Shown here: piece after piece, positions 37,595 through 47,300 of the stretch
Numbering within the stretch: the first letter of the stretch is position 1
How the letters are laid out: every line of letters starts with the position of its first letter
Virus record (IMG/VR): IMGVR_UViG_3300033068_001325
Source of the DNA: an uncultured virus (IMG/VR IMGVR_UViG_3300033068_001325)
Taxonomy: Duplodnaviria; Heunggongvirae; Uroviricota; Caudoviricetes
Direction: 5' to 3' (one strand)
Length of the DNA: 64,000 bases
Notes under the pieces: generated by a model
The model's database searches: none
The model's input: the letters and a program-made list of their open reading frames with translations, nothing else
Told to the model about the DNA's origin: nothing
Made by a program: the position numbers and the translations under genes

Positions 37595-39853
37595 TCAGCC
37601 GGCGCGGCGAACACGGGCGGCGTTGGGGAAACGCTTGGTGAAATCGTCCCCACCGTCTTCGGAAGCAGCGTCCTGCGCCAGCTGCTGTTGCTTGCGGCCG
37701 GCGCGCGGCACAAGAGCCCACGCGGTCTTCAGGGCAAAGAGATCCTTGATCTTGGCCGCGCTCTTGTTGCCGACCATCTCAAAGGCCTTCTGATAGACGC
37801 CCTCGGCCGAGTCGAACGCCATGCCGATCTCGCCGACCACGCCCTTGACGTCGGCCTGCGCCTCCTGGATCGCCCGCATGGTGGCCATGGTCTCGCGCTT
37901 GACCTTGTCGCCATGCTTGGCGAGCGCAGCATCCATGCCGAGCTCGTCCTTCTTGCCGTCGGGCCCGTCCTCCTGCTCGACGACATCCTTGTCCTTCGCG
38001 CCGCCGGCAGCCGCCAGCCGCGCCTTCATGTCGTCGGTCGGACCATCTTCGGCGCCGGCCTCGCCCATGCCAGGCATGCCGGCAATGACGTCGTCGGGGA
38101 CGCCCTTTTCCTTCAGGTAAGCGGCGATCGCGGCGAGGCCGCCATCCTCGGCGCCCTCCTCGGCATCCGGGTCCATTTTGCCGGCCGCGGGATCCACGCC
38201 GGCCGCGGGATCGACCTCCTCCCCGATCTCGGCGTCCTTCACGGTCTTGTCGCCCTCGATCGAGGCCATCAGCTTCTGGACGCCATCGACCACGCCGGCC
38301 AGGTCGGCGTCCTGCGCGAGCTTGCCCTTGAGCAGAGCACCGATGCCGGCGCCGATGGTCTTGATCGTGGAAGCGTTGAACTTGCCGGCCTTCACCGCAG
38401 TGAACAGCGGCTTGACGTCCGGAAGCGCGGCGTCCTGCGCAAGCTTCAGCGTTGACAGGTGAGCACGGATAGCGCCGTAGGCAACGCCAGCCTTCAGGCT
38501 CACGATCTTCTTCGACATTGTAGTCTCCTCGGTTGGTTGAAGTGCTTCGTCACCCACGACGACGTCTTCGCCGGCGCGGCCTTTCTTCACGAGGGCAACA
38601 TGATTGCCCACCATGTTTCGCATCACTCCGTCGTAGGGTTCCCCCTCGTACACTCCCGGCGTCATGTCAGCGTCGTAGCTGTAGGCACTGGAGAGCTCTT
38701 TCTGATCGCCGCTTTCGACATGATCGATGCCGTCACGAGACCAGATAGCGAGTGAATTGTAGAGATACGGATGCACATACTCGGCATTGGAGCCGGTGGT
38801 GCCGACCGTGATTTCGCCGTCGTGATCGTCGGCTGTGTGCGGACGATGCTGCGACAGCAGCGGCAGATTGTTGAACGTCTTCGCCGCCTTCTTGATTTCG
38901 TCCGGATGGCGCAGCAACCGGTAAATTCGGTTCGGCTCGAGGCCCAGCTCCCGGGCGCGCGGGATCTCTCGTCCGTAGTACGGGTTCACACACGCCTTGG
39001 TGATTGGCGAGCTCTTCACATGCAGCCGGGCGAAGTTGTCCGTTCGCCGCACCGATTCCGAGCTCTTGTCGAAGGCCAGGGTGACCACCAGGCCATGACG
39101 GCCGATGGTGATCCCCTCGGGCGCCCGATCGAAAGCCAGGGCCGGCTCGAGCTCGGCCGCCTGCCGGGCGATCTCTTCCAAGAGGGCTTCGGCGAACTCG
39201 TCGCTGGCGAGGCTCGGCTTCATGGGCGCGTAGGTTATGGGGCTCACCCCCGACCCGCCGCAGCCAGCGCACCCCCGGCCTCCACAAGCCGAATGAACGC
39301 TATCCTGCGCAAGGTCGCCGTCGGCGCACGCCCAATCGAAAAGCTCCCGGCCGGATGGAACCCGATCAAGGGTCTCCTCGACCGCCGGATGGAGCGGTCG
39401 CGGCAGGTCATCGAGATTGGCCCAAGCGTGATCGCTGTGCTCATGGTTGAGCTTCGGGGTGAACTTCTGGACCGGCCGCACGAAGGTATGGAACGCCATG
39501 TTGTTCGGCGTGCGGACCTGGTGCAGCAGCTTCATGGGGCCGCGGCCGTCATAGCCGGCTTCTTCGATGGTCTCCCGGTGCGCGGCCGCGATCGGCGCTT
39601 CGCCAGGTTCACAGCCTCCGCCCGGAAGGGCCCAATGCCCCACGAAATTGTCGACGCCCTCTTGGCCACCGCGCTTCAGCAGCAGAATCGAGCCGTCGCG
39701 CGCGACATGGATGATTCCGGCGGCGTGCCCGCGCACCGGCTCGGCGTCGCCGGCGAGAAACTTCTCCGCAACATCACGCGGGATCCCGAGCGTCGATCGA
39801 CCCTCCTCTGCCGCCCACATGGCGCGGCGCTGCGCCTCACTCTTGATCGGCAT
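37595..39853 (-). CDS. Nudix hydrolase - prohead protease (DUF2213-like) - scaffold fusion
   Basis: Nudix box GGGCEPGEAPIAAAHRETIEEAG; ITKACVNPYYGREIP...KELSSAY...NHVALVKKGRAG; acidic scaffold tail. Confidence 0.88.
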   Translation of the reverse strand: MPIKSEAQRRAMWAAEEGRSTLGIPRDVAEKFLAGDAEPVRGHAAGIIHVARDGSILLLKRGGQEGVDNFVGHWALPGGGCEPGEAPIAAAHRETIEEAGYDGRGPMKLLHQVRTPNNMAFHTFVRPVQKFTPKLNHEHSDHAWANLDDLPRPLHPAVEETLDRVPSGRELFDWACADGDLAQDSVHSACGGRGCAGCGGSGVSPITYAPMKPSLASDEFAEALLEEIARQAAELEPALAFDRAPEGITIGRHGLVVTLAFDKSSESVRRTDNFARLHVKSSPITKACVNPYYGREIPRARELGLEPNRIYRLLRHPDEIKKAAKTFNNLPLLSQHRPHTADDHDGEITVGTTGSNAEYVHPYLYNSLAIWSRDGIDHVESGDQKELSSAYSYDADMTPGVYEGEPYDGVMRNMVGNHVALVKKGRAGEDVVVGDEALQPTEETTMSKKIVSLKAGVAYGAIRAHLSTLKLAQDAALPDVKPLFTAVKAGKFNASTIKTIGAGIGALLKGKLAQDADLAGVVDGVQKLMASIEGDKTVKDAEIGEEVDPAAGVDPAAGKMDPDAEEGAEDGGLAAIAAYLKEKGVPDDVIAGMPGMGEAGAEDGPTDDMKARLAAAGGAKDKDVVEQEDGPDGKKDELGMDAALAKHGDKVKRETMATMRAIQEAQADVKGVVGEIGMAFDSAEGVYQKAFEMVGNKSAAKIKDLFALKTAWALVPRAGRKQQQLAQDAASEDGGDDFTKRFPNAARVRRAG

Positions 39854-40223
39854 CTTCGATACCTCCGAAGGCGCCCGGCGCATACGGCCAGTCGGGCAGC
39901 TCGACAGTCTGTCCATTCAGCTTGTGCGGGTTGTCACCGCAAAACTGAATTTTCCCGTCGGTGATGAAGTAGTGGCAAAGCGTGCGGCGCTGCCCCGCCG
40001 GCAGTGGCTCACCCTCGTCATCGTGAATGGTGAAGTTGAGCACCGACGGCTTGAAGGTCGGCCGATCGAAATCGCCGTTGAAATCCCATTTCGGCGGGCC
40101 GCCTTCGATCACGACGCCGTGCGGCTCTTCACAGCCAGGGCACCAGTGCATCAGCCGCACAGTTTTGCGGCCGTCCTGCAGTGTGCCGACCGCTCTGCGA
40201 AGCTTCTTGCCAACCGCTCCCAT
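39837..40223 (-). CDS. DUF6527-like zinc-binding protein
   Basis: WCPGCEEPH...WDFNGDFDRPTFKPSVL...CHYFITDGKIQFCGD..H. Confidence 0.78.
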   Translation of the reverse strand: MGAVGKKLRRAVGTLQDGRKTVRLMHWCPGCEEPHGVVIEGGPPKWDFNGDFDRPTFKPSVLNFTIHDDEGEPLPAGQRRTLCHYFITDGKIQFCGDNPHKLNGQTVELPDWPYAPGAFGGIEDADQE

Positions 40224-40240
40224 CGCCACCCCCAAAATGC

Positions 40241-40395
40241 AAAAGGCCTCTCGTACCAGCCAAGGTGCGCGAGAGGCCTTCCGATTGCGAAGTCCAGCAG
40301 CGCCTGAGAACGGGGGTTCCGCTAGGGATGCCGGCTTCGAATTGTTCCGTCAGCGTCACGAACGATTCAGGTAGCCCGGACTTTTCTATCCCTTC
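40241..40395 (-). ncRNA. Candidate structured RNA or leader ending in an intrinsic terminator
   Basis: Long-range pairing AAGTCCGG/CTGGACTT and CCTGA/TCAGG, followed by hairpin AAGGCCTCTCG/CGAGAGGCCTT plus Ts. Confidence 0.45.
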
Positions 40396-40447
40396 AGTCG
40401 GGACCGGACCCACTTTGCCGTCAAGCCGCGCGTCCGCGGCCGCTGAC

Positions 40448-40900
40448 TTATTCGATTGTCATGTTCTCCGGCTCGAGCTCGAGCTCGTCGACCATGATGA
40501 CAAATTCCTCGGTGCGGCCAAGCTTCTTGCCGATCGCACGCATTGCCGTATTCTTGATGTGCGTCGCGCTCTCGATCGTGCGGCATTTGCGCTGCTGCGC
40601 GATCGTGCGGACGGCATTGTACATCAGCTTGTAGACGCCGCGGCCGCGGTACTCCTCCACGACATACGACAGCTGCAACCACATGCGCCCGATCGGCGCA
40701 TCGTGCGCGAAGGAGATCATGCCGGCGGGCACAAATTCGCGCCCCTGCTCGACCGCGACCAGCACGCATTCCCATGACGCCGAAATTTCGGCGCGCGAGT
40801 CCGCGAAACCCTTGGAGATCAGTTCCGCTTGCGCTCGTACTGCCAGGATCGATGCATCCGGAAATAGCCCGAGTGACCCTACCAAAACCCGAGCTCTCAT
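40448..40900 (-). CDS. GNAT acetyltransferase
   Basis: YVVEEYRGRGVYKLM acetyl-CoA motif A; NTAMR. Confidence 0.85.
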   Translation of the reverse strand: MRARVLVGSLGLFPDASILAVRAQAELISKGFADSRAEISASWECVLVAVEQGREFVPAGMISFAHDAPIGRMWLQLSYVVEEYRGRGVYKLMYNAVRTIAQQRKCRTIESATHIKNTAMRAIGKKLGRTEEFVIMVDELELEPENMTIE

Positions 40901-41367
40901 TCGAGCATCCCCGGGCACGGCAGCGACAAGCGCCGGAGATATTGCTTCTCCGTCTCCCACGGCACCGGCGCCTTCTCGCACTCCTTCAGCAGCTTCCGGT
41001 GACGCCGCTCCTGCGCCGGCGTGTTCTTCGGCAGCTTGTCGGCGCCGATCACGGGAAGGTCGGCCGCCATCTGCTGGCGCGTGAGATCGTTTGGCTCGAA
41101 TTGAGATCTGGTAACGCTCTCAAAAATTTCCTGCACGCGAGCTGGTTGTGTGCCGCCGTAGGCCATTGGATGACAATTGTCGTTGATCCAATCGGGAGAC
41201 GCGATCGTATAGACCTTGGCGTCGCCCTCCATCGTCATGGTCGTTATAGCGGTAAAGTCAGGCCCTGCGCCCAAGTCAACGGCCACTACCGGCGCCGCGC
41301 TTGCAACACCCGCTACGCCGGCAATCGCGCCGGCAGCCGCTGCGAAAAATCCTCGTCTCGAAAGCAT
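40897..41367 (-). CDS. Protein with twin-arginine (Tat) signal
   Basis: MLSRRGFFAAAAGAIAGVAGVASA; GAGG RBS. Confidence 0.65.
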   Translation of the reverse strand: MLSRRGFFAAAAGAIAGVAGVASAAPVVAVDLGAGPDFTAITTMTMEGDAKVYTIASPDWINDNCHPMAYGGTQPARVQEIFESVTRSQFEPNDLTRQQMAADLPVIGADKLPKNTPAQERRHRKLLKECEKAPVPWETEKQYLRRLSLPCPGMLE

Positions 41368-41409
41368 AGCTTCCTCCTCTTTTGCTCGAGGAGGAGCTGA
41401 TAGCACGAG

Positions 41410-41604
41410 CTATAGGGAGTCGTCACGCGCGGAAGTCGGGCGCACCACTACAGCCTGATTGCCGCGCGCCCGATCGCGCTTTTCTTCCCGGTTATTGTCC
41501 ATGGCCTGCTTGAGCGAGAAGCGGACAACAAGCGCTGTGGTCACACCCACCACCGCGATGGCGATCGGCCAGCTTCCGGCCAAAATCTCCAATGCTCTCA
41601 ACAT
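41410..41604 (-). CDS. Small membrane protein
   Basis: One hydrophobic segment; RBS. Confidence 0.55.
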   Translation of the reverse strand: MLRALEILAGSWPIAIAVVGVTTALVVRFSLKQAMDNNREEKRDRARGNQAVVVRPTSARDDSL

Positions 41605-41710
41605 TTCCTGCCTCCCTGTTGCGTGCCAGCCGCGTTACCGCTGCAGCTGATCTCCGGCTTCTTGGCCCTCTCGAGCTCCATGGCGCCTGTCGGTAACCGC
41701 CCCTGGTATC

Positions 41711-41944
41711 TCAGTTGCACCGCGGAAAGCACGTCGGATGGTGCTGGCGATGCCGTATGCTGCCGTCACTCCGCACATTGACCGGACGGCGATCGTGGAA
41801 AGGGCGAATCGACGGAGCCGCGCCGTAAGAAAGCTGGAGCGCCTCCCTCGGGGGCACGGCTCCGTCGACATTCGCCAGCGCGGCGGGGGCAACACCCACC
41901 ATGCCAGCAAGCGAAAGAAGCAAAATCCTCAGCAGGCCCTTCAT
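41711..41944 (-). CDS. Small exported protein
   Basis: MKGLLRILLLSLAGMVGVAPAALA/N; ATGA overlap. Confidence 0.5.
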   Translation of the reverse strand: MKGLLRILLLSLAGMVGVAPAALANVDGAVPPREALQLSYGAAPSIRPFHDRRPVNVRSDGSIRHRQHHPTCFPRCN

Positions 41945-42132
41945 TTCATTTCCCTGATAGCTGCAACGATTCGGTCGCTCGTTTCCTCAAAGGAATCGAT
42001 CACAACTTGGCAGGCCCAAAAGAGACACCCAGCAAACCCACCCACCATCAGCGTACCGGGGCTGCCCCAAATAAAATAGGCGCCGATCAGGGAGAAGGAC
42101 AAGGCAACAAACAAACTCATAAATTTCTTCAT
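41941..42132 (-). CDS. Small two-helix membrane protein
   Basis: Two hydrophobic segments; ATGA overlaps. Confidence 0.55.
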   Translation of the reverse strand: MKKFMSLFVALSFSLIGAYFIWGSPGTLMVGGFAGCLFWACQVVIDSFEETSDRIVAAIREMK

Positions 42133-42683
42133 GAAAACCCCGGCACCACCGTTACCGACCGTTTCCTGTGCAACTTGGCGCGAACCTCCGGAGAAGCCAT
42201 CGCGACTTTAGTGGCTGCACTCACAGCCTGTCGACGCTCTTCAGAATGCTTGCGCCCTCGTAGAGTTGCGGAAGTCTTTGCATTGCTTTCGGGACGGCGC
42301 ACCCGCGCCCGACTGGCAGCGGCAATCTTGGCTATGGCCTCCGGTGTATGTCGGCGTCCATCCATGGGATTTAGATCGCCGCCTAGAGCAGTGTTATAAC
42401 CAAATTGCCAGTCGCATGTTTTGAACGCAGCGATGGCGGAAATCTCTAATTCCTTGATGTAATCAGGTCTGCCACGCACTAGAACGCGCAGCGTACCGCC
42501 ATGCTTGCGGATAGCTCGGCAAATACGTCGATCGTATTTGCGTGAAGCCTTTAGATGGTCGCGCCAGCGATCAGCCGGGTTACGATTTGTGATTCCGAAG
42601 TAGCGCTTTCCGTTCGAAAATTCGATGACATAGAGCGCTGTCAGCTGAAGCCTGGAACTACCGTTATGCTCTGACACCGACAA
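42129..42683 (-). CDS. GIY-YIG homing endonuclease with NUMOD3-like repeats (start uncertain)
   Basis: ALYVIEFSNGKRYFGIT...RW.DH...E...GYN; GRRHTPEAIAKI, GRKHSEERR. Confidence 0.85.
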   Translation of the reverse strand: MSVSEHNGSSRLQLTALYVIEFSNGKRYFGITNRNPADRWRDHLKASRKYDRRICRAIRKHGGTLRVLVRGRPDYIKELEISAIAAFKTCDWQFGYNTALGGDLNPMDGRRHTPEAIAKIAAASRARVRRPESNAKTSATLRGRKHSEERRQAVSAATKVAMASPEVRAKLHRKRSVTVVPGFS

Positions 42684-43480
42684 TTGATAAGCTCCCCAGG
42701 ATAGATATAGCGACGTACTTTGGGATCATTATCATACCACCCTTTGGTCGTATCGTACAGCTTCCCATCGTTGGCAAGGTGCGTCGGCCGCGGCTCTTTC
42801 CCGGCTTTCGAATGACGCCACTTCGACTTCGTCAACCCGAGCTCGAGCTTGCGCGCGCGGTCCATCGCGCCAGTGGCCATGTTGTTCTGAGTGCGGGCGA
42901 TCAGCGCTGCGCGCCTTTTCGTCACCCCGTAGTTTTTCTCCAGTGTGCGCGCGAGGCCGCCAAGATCGCGCCCCGCCTGGATCGACCGCATGACGTCGCC
43001 CTGGACGTTCTTCAGGTACTGCTGCGGAATCGATTTGATGAGCTCGACGTTCTGCTGGAGCGTCGCCTTCATGACGTCGCGCATGGCCGGCGTCATCGTG
43101 AATTTCACCGTCCAGTTTGCCTCGCGCAGGATCCGCGCCAACTGCGCGTCATTGCGCTGCGCGACTTCGAACATGAAGTGCTTGGCGATTTTCTTCGCCG
43201 CCTTGTCCCACAGCTTCTGCCACCGGTCGGTGAGCTCTTTGATGGTGCGCGTGAGCTCGTTGGCCGGCAGGACGTCGTCCATGGCGAGCGGCTCGTTGTT
43301 CTTGTACCGCGCCTCGATCCAATAGCTGACCGATCGGTCCATGCGCTCAATCAGTCGATCGAGCTTGGCGCGATAGGCAGCTTCAACACCGGCGCTCGGC
43401 GCATTCGGTTCAAGGTCAATCCATTTGGCGACACGGCGGTTGCCAGTCGTCTCAATCGCTCGGAAGGCGGTTGCTGGCAT
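42641..43480 (-). CDS. Minor head morphogenesis protein (MuF / SPP1 gp7-like)
   Basis: NVELIKSIPQQY...RAALIARTQ...WRHS....PRPTH...PGELINCRC. Confidence 0.9.
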   Translation of the reverse strand: MPATAFRAIETTGNRRVAKWIDLEPNAPSAGVEAAYRAKLDRLIERMDRSVSYWIEARYKNNEPLAMDDVLPANELTRTIKELTDRWQKLWDKAAKKIAKHFMFEVAQRNDAQLARILREANWTVKFTMTPAMRDVMKATLQQNVELIKSIPQQYLKNVQGDVMRSIQAGRDLGGLARTLEKNYGVTKRRAALIARTQNNMATGAMDRARKLELGLTKSKWRHSKAGKEPRPTHLANDGKLYDTTKGWYDNDPKVRRYIYPGELINCRCQSITVVPGFS

Positions 43481-43548
43481 GGGTGAGCCTGTCGATCGAG
43501 GGCGGGCGCCGGCGCGTGCTGCGCGAACCTCGCCCAAGGATCACGCGA

Positions 43549-43821
43549 TCAAGTCGAGGGCTTGCGGTCTCCTCCGCCCTGAAAGCCGCCCCCGGAGTTG
43601 CCGGAGCCCTCCTCCCCGTTTCCCTCCAGGGCCTTCACGTCGTTCTCCATCTCCGTGAAAGCCTTCTCGCGGTCGTCGAGCTCCGCCTCGTTCACGCGGA
43701 AAGCCTCATCGCCCCGGCTTTCCAGCTGGTCGAGCCGTTCCCCGAGCGCGTCGGCGCGATCGTCCCAAGCCTTTCGCACGTTGCGCATGCGCTCGGAAAT
43801 GTCGCGCAGCTTCTTAGACAT
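43549..43821 (-). CDS. Small coiled-coil protein
   Basis: GAGGAGG RBS. Confidence 0.6.
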   Translation of the reverse strand: MSKKLRDISERMRNVRKAWDDRADALGERLDQLESRGDEAFRVNEAELDDREKAFTEMENDVKALEGNGEEGSGNSGGGFQGGGDRKPST

Positions 43822-44098
43822 CGTCCCCTCCTCGAGTCGAGCGATCGAGCGCGACAGATGCAGGTCCAGCAGTTTTGACAGCTGCAGTGTCTGCTCGCCG
43901 TAGAGATCCCGGATCGAAGCCGGCCTTTCGGAGGGCTTCGTGCAATTCTTGTTCGAACCGCACACGGGCGCGCTCCGATGGTGGAATCAACACTCGCTTG
44001 CGTGGGCGCCGGCGCCAATCGACATCAGGCGCCTGCCCTCGAGCAATATGGGCGAGGCTGCAGTGGCGATCGTTGATGCCGCTTCGATACCTACTCAT
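43814..44098 (-). CDS. Hypothetical basic protein
   Basis: Overlaps both neighbours in operon fashion. Confidence 0.4.
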   Translation of the reverse strand: MSRYRSGINDRHCSLAHIARGQAPDVDWRRRPRKRVLIPPSERARVRFEQELHEALRKAGFDPGSLRRADTAAVKTAGPASVALDRSTRGGDDV

Positions 44099-44345
44099 CC
44101 GCCGGCGCGTCCGGCTGGATGTCGTCTGGATCGACTTCGTTGCCGTCGGCGTCGAAGACCTTCGGCTTAAACGCTGGAGCATCCTTGTCGACGACGTTCA
44201 AGCCACCGTCCAATATGCCAATGCCGCTGCTATCGCGGTTTGGGACTATTCCATCCCCGTACTCAGCACCAGCGTCCATCGCGAGAACAGGCATTCCCTG
44301 AATGCCCTCGATCGTGGCTCGCAACCTCCGTGATTTTCTGCTCAC
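44091..44345 (-). CDS. Small protein with LAMD motif (possible processed internal head protein)
   Basis: Basic N-terminus, VLAMDA, acidic C-terminus; abuts the portal stop. Confidence 0.55.
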   Translation of the reverse strand: MSRKSRRLRATIEGIQGMPVLAMDAGAEYGDGIVPNRDSSGIGILDGGLNVVDKDAPAFKPKVFDADGNEVDPDDIQPDAPADE

Positions 44346-47300
44346 TCACAGCTCCCTCAGCGTGATGTGGTTGCCTTCGACCTTCTCCACGTAGAAGCGT
44401 GTGCCGGACTTGAAGAGCACTTCCGCTTCGTTGTGATAGTTCGAAATTTTCTGCACGTCGCGGCCGCTCTTACCATGAACCGTGTACTGATGGCTACCCG
44501 ACCATACGTTCTTGTTTTTGCTGGTGGAAGTGAAGCCGCGCTCCTCGACCACCATGCCCTCCTTGTAGAGAGCGAACTGCTCAGCCGTGAGCGATGCCTT
44601 GCGATAGGTCGTGCCCTGGTATGCCGGCATCTTGTCGAGACCGGCATTGATCGACTTCATGAGCTTGTACTGCGCCACCGTCATTACGCCCTTGCGCAGC
44701 TGGTCGTTGACGCCGCGATAGTGCGAACCGGTATAGGCGATCACGCCCACCGCCTCTTCCGGCGTGAGATAGTTGGTGAGGCCGGCAGTCTGCAGCTTTG
44801 CCTTTGCGTTCTTGATGTAGCTGCCCGAAGCCTTGTGACCACCGAACAGCGCTTCCATCGCCTCATAGTGGTCTTTCATTTCGGGGTTCTTCGCGAACTG
44901 CTCCTCGAGCGCCTTCTTCTCGGCCTCCATCTTCTGCTGCTGCTCCCAGGCAGCCTTCTCCTGCTCCGCTTTCAGCAGCTCTGCCTTTTGCTTTTTCTCG
45001 ACCTTCACAAGCTCCGTCATGTCGACGCCAAGCTGCTTGAAGTCGGCGACCTTCTCGTTGAGTTGGTCGTTCGTTAGGCCTTCTTTGCCTTCCCATTTCT
45101 TGTTGAAGGCATCGAGCAGATCGTTGGCCTGTTTCTTCATGGTTTCCGTTTCCGGCTTATCGCCGGGCACGTACTGCATCTTCAGCGCAACGCCCTTCTT
45201 CGCCTTCTCCTTGTCAGCCGGCGAGGCCTCGGGAGCCTTTGGCTTCGGTTTCTCGAGCGACACGCCCTTTTCAGCCAAAAGCTTTTTCACTTTATCATGC
45301 GCCGAAGCATTGAACTGCTGCGCAAAATCAGGATGGTCCGCGATCAAGCTTTTCAGCTTCTCTGGATTGTCCTTCGCACCAGCGTCAGCAAAGGCACCGA
45401 GCCATTCTGCATAAGTTGATGGCTTCTGACCGGCGGGAGGAGCATTAGGAATTTTCGGTGAGGCAGGCTGCTTCTTGTTGAGCTCCTCCGCCTTCTTCAG
45501 CGTTTCACCAAGCGGCGTGCCCACGATTGCAGATGGGGGCTCGGGGATCGCTCCGGTCTCTGCGGCCTTCTTCGTCACCGCATCCTGCTTGGAAGCCTTC
45601 TTCGCGGCCTGCTCTTTCTTGAAGGCCTCGAGCTCCTCGGCCGTCATCTTGGTGCCGAAATACTTGCCGTCCTTCTTCTCCAGCTTCATGCCGAGAGCGG
45701 CTGCCTGCGCCGGCATCGAGACCGACGGCCAGCCCATTTCGGTCATGAGCTCTTTCGGCGTGGTCCCCTTTTCGAGGAGCCAGCCGATGTGCTCCTTTTT
45801 GGACTTGAAGACCGGCTTGTCGCCTTTATCGGCTTCGGCTTCTTCGCCTTCCTCGCCACCGCCACTCTCCCCTGCGCCCTTTGGCGCGAATTTGCCGTCC
45901 TTCTTGCGAGGGTGCTTGCCCTCGTCGAACGTGGCTTCGTCGAACGCGAACACGTCGGGCGCTACTTCGGTCGGATCGCCATCGAATGACAGGTCTTCGG
46001 TCTCGCCAGGCTCTTCGGCGTTCTCGAGGCGCGCGGTGTAGCCGTTGCCAATGACATCGGTCTCCATATCGGATTCCGAGAGGTTGGCGCCGATCGCGTC
46101 CATGGCCGCGCCCATCATGGCTTCGTCTTCGGCCTGGAGCTGGAAGCGCTTCGCCAGATCCTGCTTGCGAGCAATGAGGATGTCGGCCAGCTCCTTGTCT
46201 CCGCCGACGGCCTGCCGGATCTTGGCGTCCGGGATCGCGGTGACGCGCGCGACGGATTCCTTCAGCTCCTCCGGGCTCATCTTCCCGTACAGCCGCGCGG
46301 CATCGGGCGACATGCTCGGATTGCGCATGCTGTCGATCTCGGAAACCTTGGGCCCGAATGCGCTGCCCTTCGGTCCGCCCTGCGCGCGGTAGCGCAAGCT
46401 GCCCCCGACATCGAGCGTCACCGGCTCGCCGGCGCGGATGCCCTGGTTGTCACCGCCGGTGCCGGCCGCATCCCAATTGGATAGCCACGCATGCACACCG
46501 AAGTCGCGCGCTGCCGCCTTGCGCTCCTCCGCCGTCATGGAGCTGATGCGATTCTTGTCGAGCTGCTCCCATGCCGTCACGACATGGTCGGGGCCGGCCT
46601 CACGATAGTCGAGCGTGTTGACGCCGGCGAGCTGGTACAGGCGGGCCGCCGCTTTCTCGTTCGCGACATGCTCTTTCGTTTTCGGCTTCTTGACGTAGAA
46701 CTTCGCGCCGGCGTCATCGGTATAGACACCACCCTCATTGGTGCCGAGCTTGCCGCCGGTCTTCTTCAACTTCGACACATCCAGCTTCTTCGAAGCTTCG
46801 GTCGTGCTCGAGCTGCCACTTTCGGATGCCGGATTCTTCGATCCACCGCCCGTTGATCCAAATTCTCCGTTCTCGGCGCGCGGATGATCGGCTTCGTTCC
46901 ATTCGTCGCTCGCTCCCTGGTCAAATCCGCCGTCGGCTTCGCCGCCGTCACTGCCTCCGCCTTCGCGCCCCCCGAATGGATCGTCCCCACCCTCGGGGTC
47001 AGGCTCGGGCGCCTCGGGGACGTCGGCCGGGTCGATGTCGTGGTACTCCGAGTCGGCGTCGTTGGCCACCCGCGTGCGCGCTTCGGCGTTGGTGATAATG
47101 CCCTTGTCGATGAGCATTCCGTCGGTCTCCGCTTCGATCTTGCGGATTTCGGCGAGCTCCTTGTCGGTCATCGACCACAGCGGCACGAAGGTAAAGGTGA
47201 TTTCGTCGTCAACCTCACCCCATAGCGACCGCATGATGAAGTGGATCACGGTCTGCAAGTGATCGCGGAAGAACTGCTCCTGGAACGCGGCGATGGTGTC

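Noticed and set aside
43920..43990. GGTTCGAAC resembling a tRNA T-loop
   Set aside because: I could not build a cloverleaf, and it lies in a plausible ORF; no tRNA was found by eye in the window
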